Shown in pieces: positions 22,895 to 36,041 of a stretch of DNA of 64,000 nucleotides. This DNA comes from Planktothrix sp. GU0601_MAG3 (GTDB taxonomy: Bacteria; Cyanobacteriota; Cyanobacteriia; Cyanobacteriales; Microcoleaceae), in assembly GCA_035193785.1 (NCBI GenBank), contig CP136572.1, positions 1,184,001 to 1,248,000 of the forward strand, in the 5' to 3' direction. Under the pieces are notes generated by a model. That model searched no databases. It saw only the letters and a program-made list of their open reading frames with translations, and had not been told where the DNA came from. The translations under genes were made by a program, and so were the position numbers. Positions within the stretch are counted from its first letter, which is position 1. Every line of letters starts with the position of its first letter.

Positions 22895-24413
22895 TTAAGC
22901 CGAGACTAAAAATGTTTGTTTGAATTCGTTGATCCCGTCCTTCAGCAGACCTTCAGCTTCATCGTCGAGGACTTTTTTGCCTTGAACGATTTCCACATAT
23001 TTGGGTTTGCTATTTTTCAGATATTCCCGCAGTCCAATGGCAAAGGAGACAATTTTTTCCACGGGAACTTCATCGAGATAACCGTTAATTCCGGCGTAAA
23101 TTACTGCCACCTGTTCAAACAATTGCAGGGGAGAATTTTGGGACTGTTTTAACAATTCTTGTAGACGTTTGCCCCGTTCCAATTGGTTACGGGTGGCTTG
23201 GTCTAAATCGGAGGCGAACTGAGAAAAGGCAGCTAATTCAGCATACTGAGCTAACTCCAATTTCACTTTCCCGGCCACTTTCTTCATGGCTTTAGTTTGG
23301 GCAGCCGAACCCACCCGAGACACGGAAATCCCGGCGTTCACCGCCGGACGTAAACCGGAGTTAAATAAATCGGAGGAGAGGAAGATCTGACCGTCGGTAA
23401 TCGAAATTACGTTAGTCGGAATGTAGGCGGAAACGTCACCCGCTTGGGTTTCAATGATTGGTAAGGCCGTCATACTGCCACTACCGAGTTCATCGTTCAG
23501 TTTTGCCGCCCGCTCTAATAAACGAGAGTGGAGGTAGAACACATCCCCAGGATAGGCTTCCCGTCCGGGAGGACGACGGAGTAGCAGGGACATTTGACGG
23601 TAGGCTTGGGCCTGTTTGGATAAGTCATCATAGATGACCAGGGTGTGCTTGCCTTTGTACATGAAATACTCGGCGATGGTGGCCCCAGTATAGGGAGCCA
23701 GGTATTGCAGAGTCGCCGATTCACTAGCACTCGCAGCCACAACGACGGTATAGGCCATCGCTCCTTTTTCTTCCAGGGTTGCCACCACCTGAGAAACCGT
23801 AGAGGCTTTTTGACCAATGGCAACATAGACGCAGATCACGTCTTCGCCTTTTTGGTTAATGATCGTGTCAATGGCGATGGAGGTTTTTCCAGTTTGACGG
23901 TCACCAATAATTAATTCCCGTTGACCCCGACCAATGGGGATCATGGAGTCAATGGCGGTAATCCCCGTTTGCATGGGTTCGCACACGGAACGGCGGGAGA
24001 TAATCCCAGGGGCCGGAGATTCTAATAAGCGAGTTTCCGAGCCTTTAATATCCCCTTTACCATCAATGGGACGGGCTAAGGCATCAACCACCCGGCCTAA
24101 CATGGCGTCGCCAACGGGAATCTGAGAAATTCTGCCAGTGGCGGTGACGGCGGAAACCCTCTTGGATTTCCCGACCTTCACCCATTAACACCGCACCAAC
24201 GTTATCTTCTTCCAGGTTGAGGGCAATCCCGATGGTACCGTCGGCAAATTCTAATAGTTCGCCGGACATGGCTTTATCTAAACCATAAATCCGGGCGATA
24301 CCGTCACCGACTTGCAGAACAGTTCCGACGTTGGTTTCTTTAACGTCTTGGTCGTACTGTTCAATTTGCTGCTGAATAATACTGCTAATTTCGTCAGGTC
24401 TGATCGCTACCAT
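22895..24413 (-). CDS. atpA: ATP synthase F1 alpha subunit (one +1 insertion)
   Basis: [41 protein letters not shown]; join at 24153-24157. Confidence 0.98.
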
Positions 24414-24485
24414 TGTTCTTGTCAGTAGTTAGGGGTTATGAGTTAAAAAAAGATCCCCGACATGATCATGACGGGTCACTAGATT

Positions 24486-25031
24486 TTATTGGGCTAATTT
24501 GATCCCAATGCGGCGTAGTTGTCCACGCAAACTGGCATCTACTACGCGAGATCCAACTTTGATAATTACACCGCCCAAGAGGTCAGGGTCGATGGTCGTG
24601 GCAACTTCCACTTGTCGAGCATTAGTCATGGCTTTGACTTTTGCGGTTAAAGTATTCTGTTGATCTTCTGTTAACGGATGGGCGGAAGTGACTTCTGCCA
24701 ATACCGTTTGATTGAGTTTCCGCAGTAATACTAAATACTGTTTACCAATTTCCACTAGGAATAAAATCCGGCCTCGATCTACTAACAGCAGCAAGAAATT
24801 CCGCAATGCGGGATTAACTTCCTCGGCCATGATCCTTTGCAGAATGGCTTTTTTATCCTGGGGTTTCACCACAGGACTTTCTAAAAACATTTTTAATTCT
24901 GCGGAATTGTCCAGTAGTTCGAGCAATGAACGAATCTCATTCCCAAATTCTTCGGTTAAATTTCTCGATTGAGCCACGGACATTAACGCCGAGGCGTAAG
25001 GCTCAATAATTTGTCCGGCGATCGCGCTCAT
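24486..25031 (-). CDS. atpH: ATP synthase F1 delta subunit (cyanobacterial atpD)
   Basis: PYA.AL, LVDRGRI, IDPDLLGGVIIKVGS..VDASLRGQL; operon position. Confidence 0.96.
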   Translation of the reverse strand: MSAIAGQIIEPYASALMSVAQSRNLTEEFGNEIRSLLELLDNSAELKMFLESPVVKPQDKKAILQRIMAEEVNPALRNFLLLLVDRGRILFLVEIGKQYLVLLRKLNQTVLAEVTSAHPLTEDQQNTLTAKVKAMTNARQVEVATTIDPDLLGGVIIKVGSRVVDASLRGQLRRIGIKLAQ

Positions 25032-25033
25032 AT

Positions 25034-25561
25034 TCAACCTCCCAGCAGAGCTAGACTCTGATCAATTAACCGTTCCTGAATATTGTCATTCAGATGCTGT
25101 TTGAGTTGAGATTCTGCCCGTTCAATGGCTTGACTAGCAATTACAGAACGCAGTTGAGCGATCACCCGTTCCCGTTCTGAATCCGACTCCTGACTGGCAG
25201 TGGCCTTCATCCGTTCCACATCTTCGGCAGCTTTAGTCAGAATTAAGTTAGCAACCGTTGTCGCCCTTTCTTCGGCTTCAGCTAAAATCCGTTGGGCTTC
25301 AGTCTGGGCGTCACTGAGTTTCTTCTGTTGTTCTGCCAGAGACACTTGTGCTTGTTCTTGGCGCTGTTCCGCTTCTTTAATGGCTTCTTCAATGGTGGAG
25401 CGTCTTTCACTTAGGATTTTTCCTAAAAACCCTCGCCCAAAGTAAACCAGCACAACAATCAGAATAGCTAGGTTAATTAGGTTCGTCTCTAAAATATTGG
25501 TATTGAGACCGAATCCAGCTTCAGAGCTAGCTTCTGTGGCTAGTAATAAAACAGTCTCCAT
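25034..25561 (-). CDS. atpF: ATP synthase F0 subunit b
   Basis: [17 protein letters not shown] helix followed by coiled coil. Confidence 0.96.
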   Translation of the reverse strand: METVLLLATEASSEAGFGLNTNILETNLINLAILIVVLVYFGRGFLGKILSERRSTIEEAIKEAEQRQEQAQVSLAEQQKKLSDAQTEAQRILAEAEERATTVANLILTKAAEDVERMKATASQESDSERERVIAQLRSVIASQAIERAESQLKQHLNDNIQERLIDQSLALLGG

Positions 25562-25693
25562 GATGTTCTTCTCATAAATGCGCGGCTAAGTCTCTAACCT
25601 CTAAATAATTTAGGAAGGTAAAACTTTAGCCTGGGCTATTATCTTCAATCGGAATTTTCTGGAAATCCAACAAAAAAGTTAGGGCATCCAAGA

Positions 25694-26177
25694 TTATTTA
25701 ACTAACTCAGCCCCTAATAATTTTTCTAAAATTTGGCGACTGAGCGGTTCAATTTGTTGCTCTAAAGCTTGTAGGGCTTGTTGTCTTTCCTGCTCGATTT
25801 CTTGAGCAGCTTTTTCTCTGACTTTTTGCGATTCTTGTAGAGCTTCTGCTACTTTCTCAGATGCACTTTTCTGAGCTTCTGCCTGGGCTTTAACAATGGT
25901 CGCTTGAGCTTTTTTGCGAGTTTCTGCTAACTCTAATTCATACTGTCGGGCTAATTTTTCCGCTTTAGCCAGACGTTCTTTGGCGCCCGATTCCCGCTCG
26001 CGGATATAATCTGAGCGTTCATCAATTGCCTTTCCTAAAGGTTTATAAAAAACCTGGTTCAAAATTACTGCCAGAACTAAGAAACTGTACTGCCATTAAC
26101 GGCAGGGTGGCATCCAGATCAAAAAGTCCTCCTTCTTTGGCAGCTTCTTCCACCGCAAATAGAATTGTCCCGTGCAT
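25694..26177 (-). CDS. atpF2: ATP synthase F0 subunit b' (cyanobacterial atpG); one +1 insertion
   Basis: Upstream frame reads [18 protein letters not shown] and joins ...[16 protein letters not shown] at 26081-26085. Confidence 0.93.
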
Positions 26178-26273
26178 TATTGTCCCTTGAATAGTTTCAT
26201 CAAGATGGATTTTAGACCTAGATTTCAGATGTTCCGAAACCTAAAACCTAAAATCCATGTTTTGGATTACTGT

Positions 26274-26561
<288 letters not shown>

Positions 26562-26785
26562 TCAGTTAGACAAAATGAAATCAATCCCGATCAGCATCGA
26601 TCAAATTGGGAGGTTTGAAGAAAATATTTTTCTTCTTTGTCCCGTTATAAATGCCAAATTCGTTAGATGGATTGCAGTTCCCAAGACTTTATTTTACCAA
26701 TAAAGGGGATTAAGTTTAACCCAATAGCAGATTTTAGAAAAATCAATCTCTAAGAAAAGAAATTTTAAAGTCTTTGTTTCTTTTC

Positions 26786-27544
26786 CTAGTCGTGATGTTC
26801 TCCGCCATGTCCTTCTAGGGCTTCACCAATATAGTTCGCCGCCAGGGTCGCAAAAATTAGTGCTTGAATGGCACTCAAGAATAAACCCAAAACCATTAAA
26901 GGCAGAGGAATAAACAGGGGCACCAGGAATACCAACACGGCGACCACCAGTTCATCGGCTAAAATGTTACCAAACAAACGGAAACTCAGGGAGAGGGGTT
27001 TGGTAAAATCTTCAATCACCCGAAATATAGCGAGAAACGCCATCGGTTGGGCGTAATCAGCAAAATAACCCAATAGGCCTTTTTTTCTGATTCCGGCGTA
27101 GAAATACGCTAAAGAAGTTAACAGCGCCAAGGCCACCGTCGTATTGATATCACTGGTGGGGGCTGCTAATTCACCCGAAGGCAGTTCGATCACCTTCCAA
27201 GGAATTAAAGCACCCGACCAGTTAGAGGCAAAGATGAATAAGAACAGTGTTCCAATGAAGGGAACCCAAGAACGATATTCTTTTTCCCCGATTTGATCTT
27301 TAGCAAGGTTGCGAATGAATTCTAGGACGTACTCCATAAAATTCTGCATCCCACTGGGAATTCGCTGCACGTTGTTGCTGGCTAACACTGAGACGGTAAT
27401 CAGCAAACCGATGACAAACCACGAAGTCAGAAAAATCTGACCATGCAGTTTTACACCGCCGACTTCCCAATAAAGGTGCTGGCCAACTTCTAAACTAGCG
27501 AGAGGGAGAGGATTGAAGGTGTTTAAAACAGTCAGCATTTCCAT
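26786..27544 (-). CDS. atpB: ATP synthase F0 subunit a (cyanobacterial atpI)
   Basis: [35 protein letters not shown]. Confidence 0.98.
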   Translation of the reverse strand: MEMLTVLNTFNPLPLASLEVGQHLYWEVGGVKLHGQIFLTSWFVIGLLITVSVLASNNVQRIPSGMQNFMEYVLEFIRNLAKDQIGEKEYRSWVPFIGTLFLFIFASNWSGALIPWKVIELPSGELAAPTSDINTTVALALLTSLAYFYAGIRKKGLLGYFADYAQPMAFLAIFRVIEDFTKPLSLSFRLFGNILADELVVAVLVFLVPLFIPLPLMVLGLFLSAIQALIFATLAANYIGEALEGHGGEHHD

Positions 27545-27599
27545 GTCCGTAGGCTTCCTCTACAGATTGAGGACTGGAGGATTCCAAAAACCGCGTTAC

Positions 27600-28056
27600 T
27601 TATTTAGGCTTGTTGGTGAACACTGTTATTAGCACATACAACATGAGAGCTACTTTGTAGGTAAGAAATCCTAAAAAAATCGGTAGAATCTTTAGCTGAT
27701 GCAATTGAGTGGCTACAATAATTACACCCGCGAGGATCAGTATCCGATTCTGGCTGAGTTTTTCTTTTCCCCTACCTAGTTTTTCTACATCTTTGCCGAG
27801 CATTCGCAAGTAGAATATGCCTACTGCTGCCCCTACTAAATAGTTCAGGGCGACATCCAGAGGATAGAGACAGCAAACTGCCACAAAAATTGCCCCTGTG
27901 GCTGTAATTGTCATCAATAACAACTGGCGTTGCAATTGATAATACTCCAGCATGGAGGAGTCGGGTTTCTACAACAAGATTAGACCCGGATTCTACTGTT
28001 TCCTCTGCGTTTGTCATAGCTACTTGGACAGGTTCACCGATTTTTGGTTCAGTCAT
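27600..28056 (-). CDS. atpI: ATP synthase protein I (Atp1); one +1 insertion
   Basis: SMLEYYQLQRQL, NYLVGA, YLRML..DVE.LG, PIFLGFLTYK; first gene of the operon; join at 27965-27969. Confidence 0.9.
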
Positions 28057-28257
28057 AACTGCTTGATCCGCTAATCAAAGCGGCAGTTCTAACTTTCCCC
28101 AAGTTCACGCACACAGCGTATAACACGCTCTGTAAGCCACAATGAATCATATCATGTTGTGGCAACAGAACTTAAAAGAAAATTAATCATGGTTAACTAA
28201 ATTGTAGTAAGCCCTTCAGGGCTTTCTTACTTTCTTCACCATCAACCAACAACTCGC

Positions 28258-30066
28258 CTAATTTTCCAATGCGGCTTGAATATTCTGTTTAAGTGTGGTA
28301 ACGACATCCTCAATGGCGATTTCTTGAGCATTGTGGGTGGCTCGTTCTACCAGTTCCACCTTACCCGATTTAATCGAACGTCCCGTTACAATTCGATAGG
28401 GAATCCCAATTAGATCGGCATCTTTGAATTTTACCCCGGCTCGTTCATTCCGATCATCGAGGAGGGTTTCAATTCCGGCTTGCTGCAATTCCGTATAGAG
28501 TTTTTCGGCAATTTCCACCTGTTGAGCGTCGCTAATATTAGGAATGGCAATAATTACTTGATAGGGTGCGATCGCCACTGGCCAAATAATACCATCTTTA
28601 TCATAGGACTGTTCCACGGCGGATTGGGCTAACCGAGACACCCCAACGCCATAACATCCCATGACTAGGGGTGATTCTTCCCCCTGCTCATTGCTAAAGG
28701 TGGCCCCCATCGCCTGAGAATATTTAATCCCCAATTGGAAAATATGACCGACTTCAATGCCCCTGGCACTGTGTAAAATTTGGTTAGGGTCATAAACTGC
28801 GCGATCGCCTTTTTGAGCTTTTCTGAGATCAACAATAGTTTTAGGTAAGGTAAATTCTTTGCCCCAATTTGCCCCAACAACGTGATATCCTGATTCATCC
28901 GCCCCGGTAACAAAATTTTTCAGTTCAATAGCAGTTTGATCAACTATTCTTAAAAACTTAGACTCAAGTTGTTCTCGATGGGTAATATAAACATCATCTA
29001 ACTTAGGAGAAATATAGCCCAAAGGTAAAGGTTTTGTTCTCCATTTTTCTTGAGCTTCTTCATCGGTAACCGTTAAAGATAATATTGTTTTTGCCTTAAA
29101 TTCCGGGGCTAATTTTGTTAATTCATTTTGCAATTTAACCTCATTAACCTCCTGATCTCCCCGAATACTAATTAAAACTAAAACTGTTGTGCCATTATCA
29201 TAAACCACTTGATACAGAACATTTTTAACAATTTGAGTCGGGGAACAGTTCAAGAACTTAGCTAAGGTTTCAATGGTGGTAGTATTCGGTGTTTCTAACT
29301 TTTGATATTCGGTAAAGTTAGAAGGTTCGGCATCAACCGGAAGGGATACGGCTTTTTCCGTATTAGCTGCATATTTGCCATCTTCGGTATAGAGAACTTC
29401 ATCTTCCCCCGCTTCTGCTAATACCATAAACTCTTGAGAACCTGACCCCCCAATGGCTCCAGAATCGGCTTCTACGGCGCGATATTTTAACCCACAACGG
29501 CTTAACATATTGCGATAGGCTTGATCCATATCTCGATAGGTTTTCTTCAAACTTTCTTCATCGCTATGGAAAGAATAACCATCTTTCATAATAAATTCCC
29601 GACCCCGCATTAAGCCAAACCGAGGCCGAATTTCATCTCTAAATTTTGTTTGAATTTGATATAAATGAATTGGTAATTGTTGATGGGAACGGATCATATC
29701 TTTAGCAATAGTTGTAATCACTTCCTCATGGGTTGGCCCTAATGCTAATTCACGCTTCCGGCGGTCGGTGAGGGAAAACATAATTCCCTCAGCTTTGGTG
29801 TAGGTATCCCAGCGTCCCGACTCGCGCCAAAGTTCGGCGGGTTGGACTTGGGGAAGTAGACATTCTTGGGCTCCGGTGGCGTTCATTTCTTCTCGGACAA
29901 TTTGAGAAACTTTTTGCAGCACCCGCCACATCAGGGGAAGATAGGCATAAATTCCACTTCCAATGCGGCGAATATATCCCGCCCGGACTAATAGTTTATG
30001 ACTGGGAATTTCCGCTTCTTTGGGATCTTCGCGCAGGGTGACAAATAGCATTTGAGAGAGTCGCAT
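28258..30066 (-). CDS. proS: Proline--tRNA ligase
   Basis: [66 protein letters not shown]. Confidence 0.99.
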   Translation of the reverse strand: MRLSQMLFVTLREDPKEAEIPSHKLLVRAGYIRRIGSGIYAYLPLMWRVLQKVSQIVREEMNATGAQECLLPQVQPAELWRESGRWDTYTKAEGIMFSLTDRRKRELALGPTHEEVITTIAKDMIRSHQQLPIHLYQIQTKFRDEIRPRFGLMRGREFIMKDGYSFHSDEESLKKTYRDMDQAYRNMLSRCGLKYRAVEADSGAIGGSGSQEFMVLAEAGEDEVLYTEDGKYAANTEKAVSLPVDAEPSNFTEYQKLETPNTTTIETLAKFLNCSPTQIVKNVLYQVVYDNGTTVLVLISIRGDQEVNEVKLQNELTKLAPEFKAKTILSLTVTDEEAQEKWRTKPLPLGYISPKLDDVYITHREQLESKFLRIVDQTAIELKNFVTGADESGYHVVGANWGKEFTLPKTIVDLRKAQKGDRAVYDPNQILHSARGIEVGHIFQLGIKYSQAMGATFSNEQGEESPLVMGCYGVGVSRLAQSAVEQSYDKDGIIWPVAIAPYQVIIAIPNISDAQQVEIAEKLYTELQQAGIETLLDDRNERAGVKFKDADLIGIPYRIVTGRSIKSGKVELVERATHNAQEIAIEDVVTTLKQNIQAALEN

Positions 30067-30267
30067 TGTTTGGTTTCCTAAAATTAAAGACTAATTTATT
30101 ATTATCGCAGAATTGTGTTAAATTTGATTATCCTAATTTAAGTAACCACAAAGGCACTAAGACACTAAGAAATGATCATGATAATTGCTGTGATCAAAAA
30201 ACTACAAAACTAATTAATCTATCTTTGTTTTCTATACCTTATGGATTTTATTATTGTTTGATTTCTC

Positions 30268-30852
30268 CTAATTAGTTTTAGGCGGAAATACTTTAGTTAA
30301 ATCTAAGGTTAAATCGGGAAAACACGGTAAGGTGACAGACTGGCTGGGTAAATAAATCAGTTTACGAAGATAACCAAATTCGCCTTGTAGTTTTTGATAG
30401 GGTTCGCTATAGTATTCTAAACAAAAATCAACTAAATTAAAGATCCAATAATTAGTAATATTATTTTCTGCATAAACTGATAGTTTGGTAGTTTGATCAT
30501 AGTCTAAAGATGAATCAGAAATTTCAATCAAGAGTAGAATATCTTCTGTATGGGGATGACCTTTTAAATAGTCATCCTCTCGGTTTTTAACAATCACTCG
30601 ATCAGGTTCCGGTTCACTATAGGATGATAAAATAATAGGTTGTTGTCCTCTTAAGGTTGCCCGTTCTCCAATGAGTTTGTATAGTTCTCGTTCTAAGCGA
30701 GTTTCACAAACAGAGTGGGAAGTTCCTTTTGCTGCCATTTCAATTATTTCTCCGCGAATGAGTTCAATTTTATCCTCTTTTTTGAAAAAGCCTAATTCAG
30801 TTAGGCGATGATAGTCTTCGATGGTAAATTTTTTAACAGTTGCGATCGCCAT
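30268..30852 (-). CDS. Uma2-family endonuclease
   Basis: FTIEDYHRL, IELIRGEIIEM, SEPEPD, LLIEISDSSLDYD...K...YA...I..YWI.NL. Confidence 0.92.
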   Translation of the reverse strand: MAIATVKKFTIEDYHRLTELGFFKKEDKIELIRGEIIEMAAKGTSHSVCETRLERELYKLIGERATLRGQQPIILSSYSEPEPDRVIVKNREDDYLKGHPHTEDILLLIEISDSSLDYDQTTKLSVYAENNITNYWIFNLVDFCLEYYSEPYQKLQGEFGYLRKLIYLPSQSVTLPCFPDLTLDLTKVFPPKTN

Positions 30853-30941
30853 AATTTTAAATATTAATCAGGATGATTAATTATAATTCAAGTTAAAAAT
30901 TTATGCAATTTTTTGTTGAGTGGGCATAGCCCACCCAAAGT

Positions 30942-31539
30942 TTACCAAATAAAGGGAATTAAGCGAGTTGAGTTATTCTGATACTCTTGATAATTGGGAT
31001 ATTTTTCTGACATGGTTTTTTCTTTAGCAGAAATTCGCTGTAAATAAAGAATTAGAAACCAACCCAGGAACAATATATGCCCAAGGAGAACCTGCTACAA
31101 TAGCAAAACTGAGGTAGCGTAGTAAATCCCCAAAATAGTTGATATTTCGAGAAAATCGCCAAATATTATCCTTAACTAACCCCTCGCCATATTGTTTAGC
31201 TGTTAATTTCTGCACGTCCGCCGCCGCATTAATTAAACTGCCAAAATAAAACAGAGGAATTACAATAGCAACGGTAATAAAAGAAATTGGAATTGGATTG
31301 ATAAAAGCCAAATATCCGGGTAAAGCGTATAAACATCCCACAATAATTACAGTCAATATCAATCCTACTACTCCCGTAGATTCAGTAAAAATTGATTTTG
31401 ATCGTTGAGGATAAAACCATTGTTCAATTAACCACCACAAACAATAACTAATGTGAAAACAGAGATAAATTACCTGTCGCCAGTCATTAATTCCGAAGAT
31501 TAAAGCCAAACTAATGAGTAGAATAATAGTTGTTGCTTT
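30942..31539 (-). CDS. DUF1295 / steroid-5-alpha-reductase-like membrane protein (one +1 insertion near 3' end)
   Basis: Multiple TM helices, ADVQK, WRFSRNINYFGD; corrected tail ends RLIPFIW*. Confidence 0.8.
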
Positions 31540-31627
31540 GGCAATATTAATGGCGGTTAATTGAGTAATTTGAAACGGAGAATGGGTTGTATTTTCCATG
31601 TTTTGTGATGATAGATTTAAGGATAAA

Positions 31628-33104
31628 CTAAAATACTTCTGTCCCTTCAAACCGTTTAATGTTTTGCATTTTTGCTGACTCTCCACAGGTGCGAGGAGTG
31701 GGTAACATTTTACCTGGGTTAGCTAAACCTTTGGGGTTAAAAACTGTTCTTACCCATTCCATAGTTTCTAAATCAACTTCGTTGAACATTTGGGGCATAT
31801 AACATTTTTTGTCTGCACCAATACCATGTTCTCCCGATAAACTACCGCCCACTTCCACACAGATTTTTAGAATTTCTCCGCCAATTTCTTCGACGGTTTC
31901 TAACGCACCGGGAACGGAATTATCATATAAAATTAAAGGATGTAAATTCCCATCTCCCGCATGAAAGACATTGGCAATACGATAACCATATTTTTCTCCC
32001 AGGGCTTCAATTTCTTTTAAAACATAAGCCATTTTTGTTCGAGGAATTACGCCATCTTGAACATAATAATCAGGACTGACATGACCCGCCGCGGCGAAAG
32101 CTGCTTTGCGTCCTTTCCAAATTTTTAACCGATCTTCTGGGTTACTAGCGGTGGTAATATTTCTCGCCCCATTGTTGATACAAATTTCACTAACTCGTTG
32201 TTTATTGGTATCAACTTCCACCTGTAAACCATCTAATTCCACTAATAGAATTGCCCCCGCATCCCGGGGATATAAACCAATTTTTACCACATCTTCAACG
32301 GCATTAATACTGAGGTTATCCATAATTTCCATGCCCCCAGGAATAATCCCAGAACTGATAATATCAGAAACCGCAGATCCAGCCGATTCTAAATTAGTAA
32401 AATCTGCTAATAAAACACAAATTGATTCCGGTGCTTTTAGAATCCTTAAAGTAATTTCAGTGGCAATGCCTAACGTCCCTTCTGAACCTACAAATAACCC
32501 GGTTAAATCATATCCAGGCATTTCAGGAATATCGCCACCAATATCGACAATATCACCATCGGGAGTGACAATTTTTAATCCGAGAATATGGTTAGTTGTC
32601 ACCCCATATTTTAAACAATGAACTCCGCCAGAATTTTCGGCTACATTGCCACCAATAGAACAAATAATTTGACTAGAAGGGTCGGGTGCATAATAAAATC
32701 CGGCGCCACTAACTGCCTGTGTTACCCAATTATTAATTACTCCAGGTTGCACAACAACACGCTGATTTTCTAAGTCAATATTTAGGATTTTTCGCATTAA
32801 AGCGGTGACAATTAAAACACAATCTTCTACGGGTAAAGCACCGCCAGAAAGTCCGGTTTCCCGCCCCTCGCGCGACCCAAGGAATAGAATTGCGATCGCA
32901 AATTTTAACAACTTCTGCAACTTCTTCGGTGGTTTTGGGAAGCACCACTAATGCGGGACGTTGACGATAACTGGTCAGTCCATCACACTCATAAACCAGT
33001 AATTCTTCTCGACGTTGAATCACACCTTTTTTCCCAACAATAGCCTCAAATTGTGGAATTAAGGGTTGCCAGTTTCGGGTTGCTTTTGATTGGGTAGCGA
33101 CCAT
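31628..33104 (-). CDS. glcD: Glycolate oxidase subunit GlcD (FAD-linked; one +1 insertion)
   Basis: YECDGL, ARGAGTGLSGGA (after correction), PDPSSQ..CSIGGN, GSEGTLG, HAGDGNLHP, GEHGIG, NPGK. Confidence 0.95.
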
Positions 33105-33498
33105 GGGAATAACAATTAGGAAAATTAGGGATTGCTGATATTATATCATTAAGAACTCATTTTCCTTCCGGGGTGGAAGGGTAAAACCCACAATATTATT
33201 GCCAAGGAAGCAGATTCTAGCTCAGAACATATCAGAAAAGTAGTGGCGGAACTGCGGATTTTACTGATTCAGGTTTTAAATGAGTCCATTAATAAATCTA
33301 AATATCCTATTATTGAATAAAATATTTATTAGATACCTGTACTATCAGTGATTTTGTAAAAGGTGAAACCAACATATTAACAAAGTTTAAATTTTATCTG
33401 ATTTAATGCTAAGATTATATGGCAATAGCATTGTTTTTCTTGTTTGAACGGCAAACAAGAGTGCATAATAGAGTAAAGGGATTATGGAGCCGTTTTGA

Positions 33499-33723
33499 AT
33501 GTCAACCCTGCTGGAAAGAATCACAATCAATCCTAGGCAATGTGGTGGTCGTCCCTGCATTCGAGGCATGAGAATTCGGGTGTCAGATGTGTTAGATTTG
33601 TTTGCGGCTGGACTAACTGCTGAAGATATATTGGAAGAAATGCCCGATCTCGAAGCAGATGATTTGAAAGCATCTCTTTTGTATGCCTCGCGGAAACTGA
33701 ATCACCCGGTATTAGTGGCATGA
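33499..33723 (+). CDS. DUF433 antitoxin (VapB45-like)
   Basis: RITINPRQCGGRPCIRGMRIRVSDVLDL...G....IL...PDLE..D..A.L.YA. Confidence 0.92.
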   Translation: MSTLLERITINPRQCGGRPCIRGMRIRVSDVLDLFAAGLTAEDILEEMPDLEADDLKASLLYASRKLNHPVLVA

Positions 33724-33989
33724 AAATCTGGGTAGATGCACACCTATCTCCTGCAATAGCAACCTGGATTACCAACACATTTGGAGTGACAGTAGTAGCA
33801 TTGCGAGATATTGGACTCAGAGATGCTGAAGATCCTGAAATCTTTGAAGCAGCAAAAGCACAGGGAGTCGTTATGATGACTAAAGATAGTGATTTTGTTG
33901 ATTTAGTTGAGCGACTGGGTTCACCGCCACAGATTATTTGGTTGACCTGCGGTGATATCTCTAATGCTAGGTTACTAAGTAGGTTATAA
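33720..33989 (+). CDS. DUF5615 PIN-like toxin (VapC45-like), apparently C-terminally truncated
   Basis: MKIWVDAHLSP, DAED.EIF..A, MTKDSDF, PPQIIWLTCG; ATGA overlap with DUF433; ends at 89 aa. Confidence 0.85.
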   Translation: MKIWVDAHLSPAIATWITNTFGVTVVALRDIGLRDAEDPEIFEAAKAQGVVMMTKDSDFVDLVERLGSPPQIIWLTCGDISNARLLSRL

Positions 33990-34056
33990 TTTTTAAGGTA
34001 GGGATTTGTCCATCCTTAGTGTTCGGACTTAATACTAATAATCCAGGAGTTATTTG

Positions 34057-36010
34057 ATGATCAAAACATGGACACTTCAATATTTTAAATCAGTGTATGA
34101 AAAGACTACCTTAAAATTTGCACCATTAACTATATTTTCGGGTGCAAATAGTTCAGGTAAAAGTACAGTTATACAAAGTCTATTGCTAACTGCTCAGACC
34201 TTGCAAAATTCAGTGTATGATCGTCCAATTATTCTTAACGGACATATTATCAAGGTTGGTTCATTTAAGGATATTGTATCTAATGGACATGAACAAAAAA
34301 ATATCTCAATTGGTTTTGAACTAAGTTCTAATTCAGAAAACAATGAAACACCCGTCTCCATGTTTTCTCTACCCATTTATGGTAGAGCTAGAAGAGAATT
34401 TTTAACTTGCGTTAATTGTCAGTTTCCAATTTTCAACCAAAACCTCAAATGAAAACAGTGAAATAATACAGTTACAGCCACAATTAGAGGAATGTAAAAT
34501 TGAGGCTACTTCAGCATTAAGATCTCCTTCTAAAGAAGGAGATAAATCTGTTCATAATGTAACAGAAAAAGAAGAAATTTATATTATAAAAACCGACCAA
34601 CCTCTTAAAAATAGGCTTAAACAGTATAGATTAAAAGAAGAACAACTTCAAAGCAGAGAATTATCATCTTTAAATTATGAAATAAAAAAACCAAAAAACC
34701 CTAAAGAAATAGAAATTTCACCAAGATATTATCTTAATTTACCAACAACAGGAAACTATATAGGTGCATCTTTAAATCACTTTTTGCCTAGTCGTCTTTC
34801 AATGGTTTTCGATACAATTGAAGAAGAAGCAACTCAATTATCAACTTTCCTTACATCATTAAACGAATATGATTGGTTTCGATTATCAAGAGGTTTGAGT
34901 TTAGACAATGATTATCCCATTAACAAAGAAGTTAAACAAATAATTTTAGATACGATTAAAAACTCTTTGGATGATTTTAATTTTTCTGCAAAAACGAAAC
35001 CAAAAAATAAATTCTTGGATGAGTTTAAGAAGCTCGAAAATGATTTTTCTATAGACAATTTATTACTTTTTCCTAAATCATTATCGAGTCGTGATCAGCA
35101 AACACTAATACAAAAATTGCAATGTAAAACTGATCAGATTAAAAAAGCTATTAAATTAAATAAAAGTCCTGAATATGCGCTAACTTACGTTCCATTATCA
35201 GAAATATTAGATGCTTCAGTTGATTATATTAAAAATTTTTTTACGCATTTGGTTAAATATTTAGGGCCTCTCAGAGATGAACCAAAAGCTGTTTATTCTC
35301 TTGCGGGAACGACAGATTCAAAAGATATAGGTTTTAGGGGTGAACATACTGCTGCGGTTTTAGAAGTTCATCGTAAAACACAAGTAAAATATATACCAAG
35401 CGAACAATTTGAATTAGGGAATCCTACACCAGAAACACAGGAAAAACCTCTATCTATAGCGGTATTAGATTGGCTAAAATATATGGGTATTGCCAATGAT
35501 GTTAAAACTTCTGATAAAGGTGTTTTAGGTTATGAACTGAAAGTAGCAATATCAGAAACTCAATCTTTACATGATCTTACTCATGTTGGTGTTGGAGTAA
35601 GTCAAGTTCTTCCTATTCTAGTTCAATCTTTGTTAGCAGAAAGAGGCTCAACATTAATTTTTGAACAACCAGAACTTCATCTTCATCCTAAAGTTCAAAC
35701 TCGTTTAGCTGATTTTTTTATATCAATGACAATGCTTAATAAGCAGTGTATTGTTGAGACTCATAGTGAATATTTAATTAATCGTCTAAGGTATTTATCT
35801 GTTAGCTCTCAAGACAATCAAATATCTAATGATGTAATAATTTATTTTGTAGAAAAACAGGGTGAAAAATCTTTTTACCGTCCCGTTAAAATTAATGAGT
35901 TTGGAGTTATAGAAGATTGGCCAAAAGGTTTCTTTGATGAAAGCGAAAAAAATTCTAGAGCTATTATAAAAGCAGCAATGGAAAAAAGAAAAGCCTATTT
36001 ACAAAAATAA
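34057..36010 (+). CDS. ABC/AAA_21-type ATPase with C-terminal DUF3696-like motif (~650 aa; one +1 insertion)
   Basis: Walker A GANSSGKS, YLGPLR, signature VGVGVSQVLP, Walker B IFEQPELHLHP, ETHSEY, C-terminal DWPKGFFD. The frame appears open from 34426 to 36010 after correction at 34422-34426. Confidence 0.88.
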
Positions 36011-36041
36011 TAAATTGATCAAAAATTTACAATTGTAACAA

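Noticed and set aside
33150..33320. Short open stretch (AKEADSSSEHIRKVVAELRILL...IIE*) after a weak hairpin
   Set aside because: Possibly a gene remnant, but there is no start codon or recognisable family; too weak to call.
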